A stretch of 26,612 bases of DNA from a virus (Duplodnaviria > Caudoviricetes). The stretch covers positions 1 through 26,612 of the IMG/VR virus record IMGVR_UViG_3300033405_000065. One strand, written 5' to 3'. A program made the translations under genes and the position numbers. Shown here one piece after another: positions 26,379-26,612 of this stretch. Below the pieces are notes generated by a model. That model was not told the origin of the DNA, made no database searches, and saw only the letters and a program-made list of their open reading frames with translations. Each line of letters opens with the position of its first letter. Position 1 is the first letter of the stretch.

Positions 26379-26612
26379 ATGAAAAAAATAATCACCTTCC
26401 TGCTGCTTCTCTGCGCTTTGGCGGCGCCGCTCTTTGCCTCCCAAAACGCCCTGGTGGTTCCCGACGGCACCGGGGCCCAGGTGCGGGCCGGCTTCAACAA
26501 TGCCATTGATACCCTGAACACCGTTAACTCCGGACCTTCAGCGCCCGCCACTACTGAGGCTTATATGCTGTGGGCCGACACTACCAACAACCTCCTGAAG
26601 CAGCGGGACGCG
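26379..26612 (+). CDS. Tail-fibre-like protein with N-terminal signal peptide (partial)
   Basis: AAGGAG RBS; MKKIITFLLLLCALAAPLFA|SQNALVVPDGTGAQVRAGFNNAIDTLNTVNSGPSAPATTEAYMLWADTTNNLLKQRDA, open to the window end. Confidence 0.7.
   Translation, partial: MKKIITFLLLLCALAAPLFASQNALVVPDGTGAQVRAGFNNAIDTLNTVNSGPSAPATTEAYMLWADTTNNLLKQRDA

Overview
A GC-rich, entirely + strand virion-morphogenesis module of a tailed, siphovirus-like (pro)phage. Gene order: 3' end of a probable small terminase; lipoprotein; papain-like C1 peptidase; large terminase (split across two frames); portal; an accessory block (GT-A glycosyltransferase and three signal-peptide proteins, including a fibre-like repeat protein and a LamG/beta-helix protein); prohead protease/scaffold; major capsid; head-tail and neck genes; tail tube; tail assembly chaperone with a -1 frameshift; tape measure (split); DUF2460-, DUF2163- and NlpC/P60-like tail-tip genes; a cold-shock protein; a large tail-tip protein; and the start of a fibre-like gene that carries a signal peptide. 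The most striking unexplained structure is at the gene junctions. Most carry tandem 7-nt repeat arrays: one arm starts at the upstream stop codon and a complementary arm ends just before the next start, often with an AAAGGCAAAA/TTTTGCCTTT inner motif. Many GTAG/GTGG REP-like palindromes are also present, and both repeat types have entered essential structural genes in frame. Product calls rest on motif recognition and synteny only; no searches were run.
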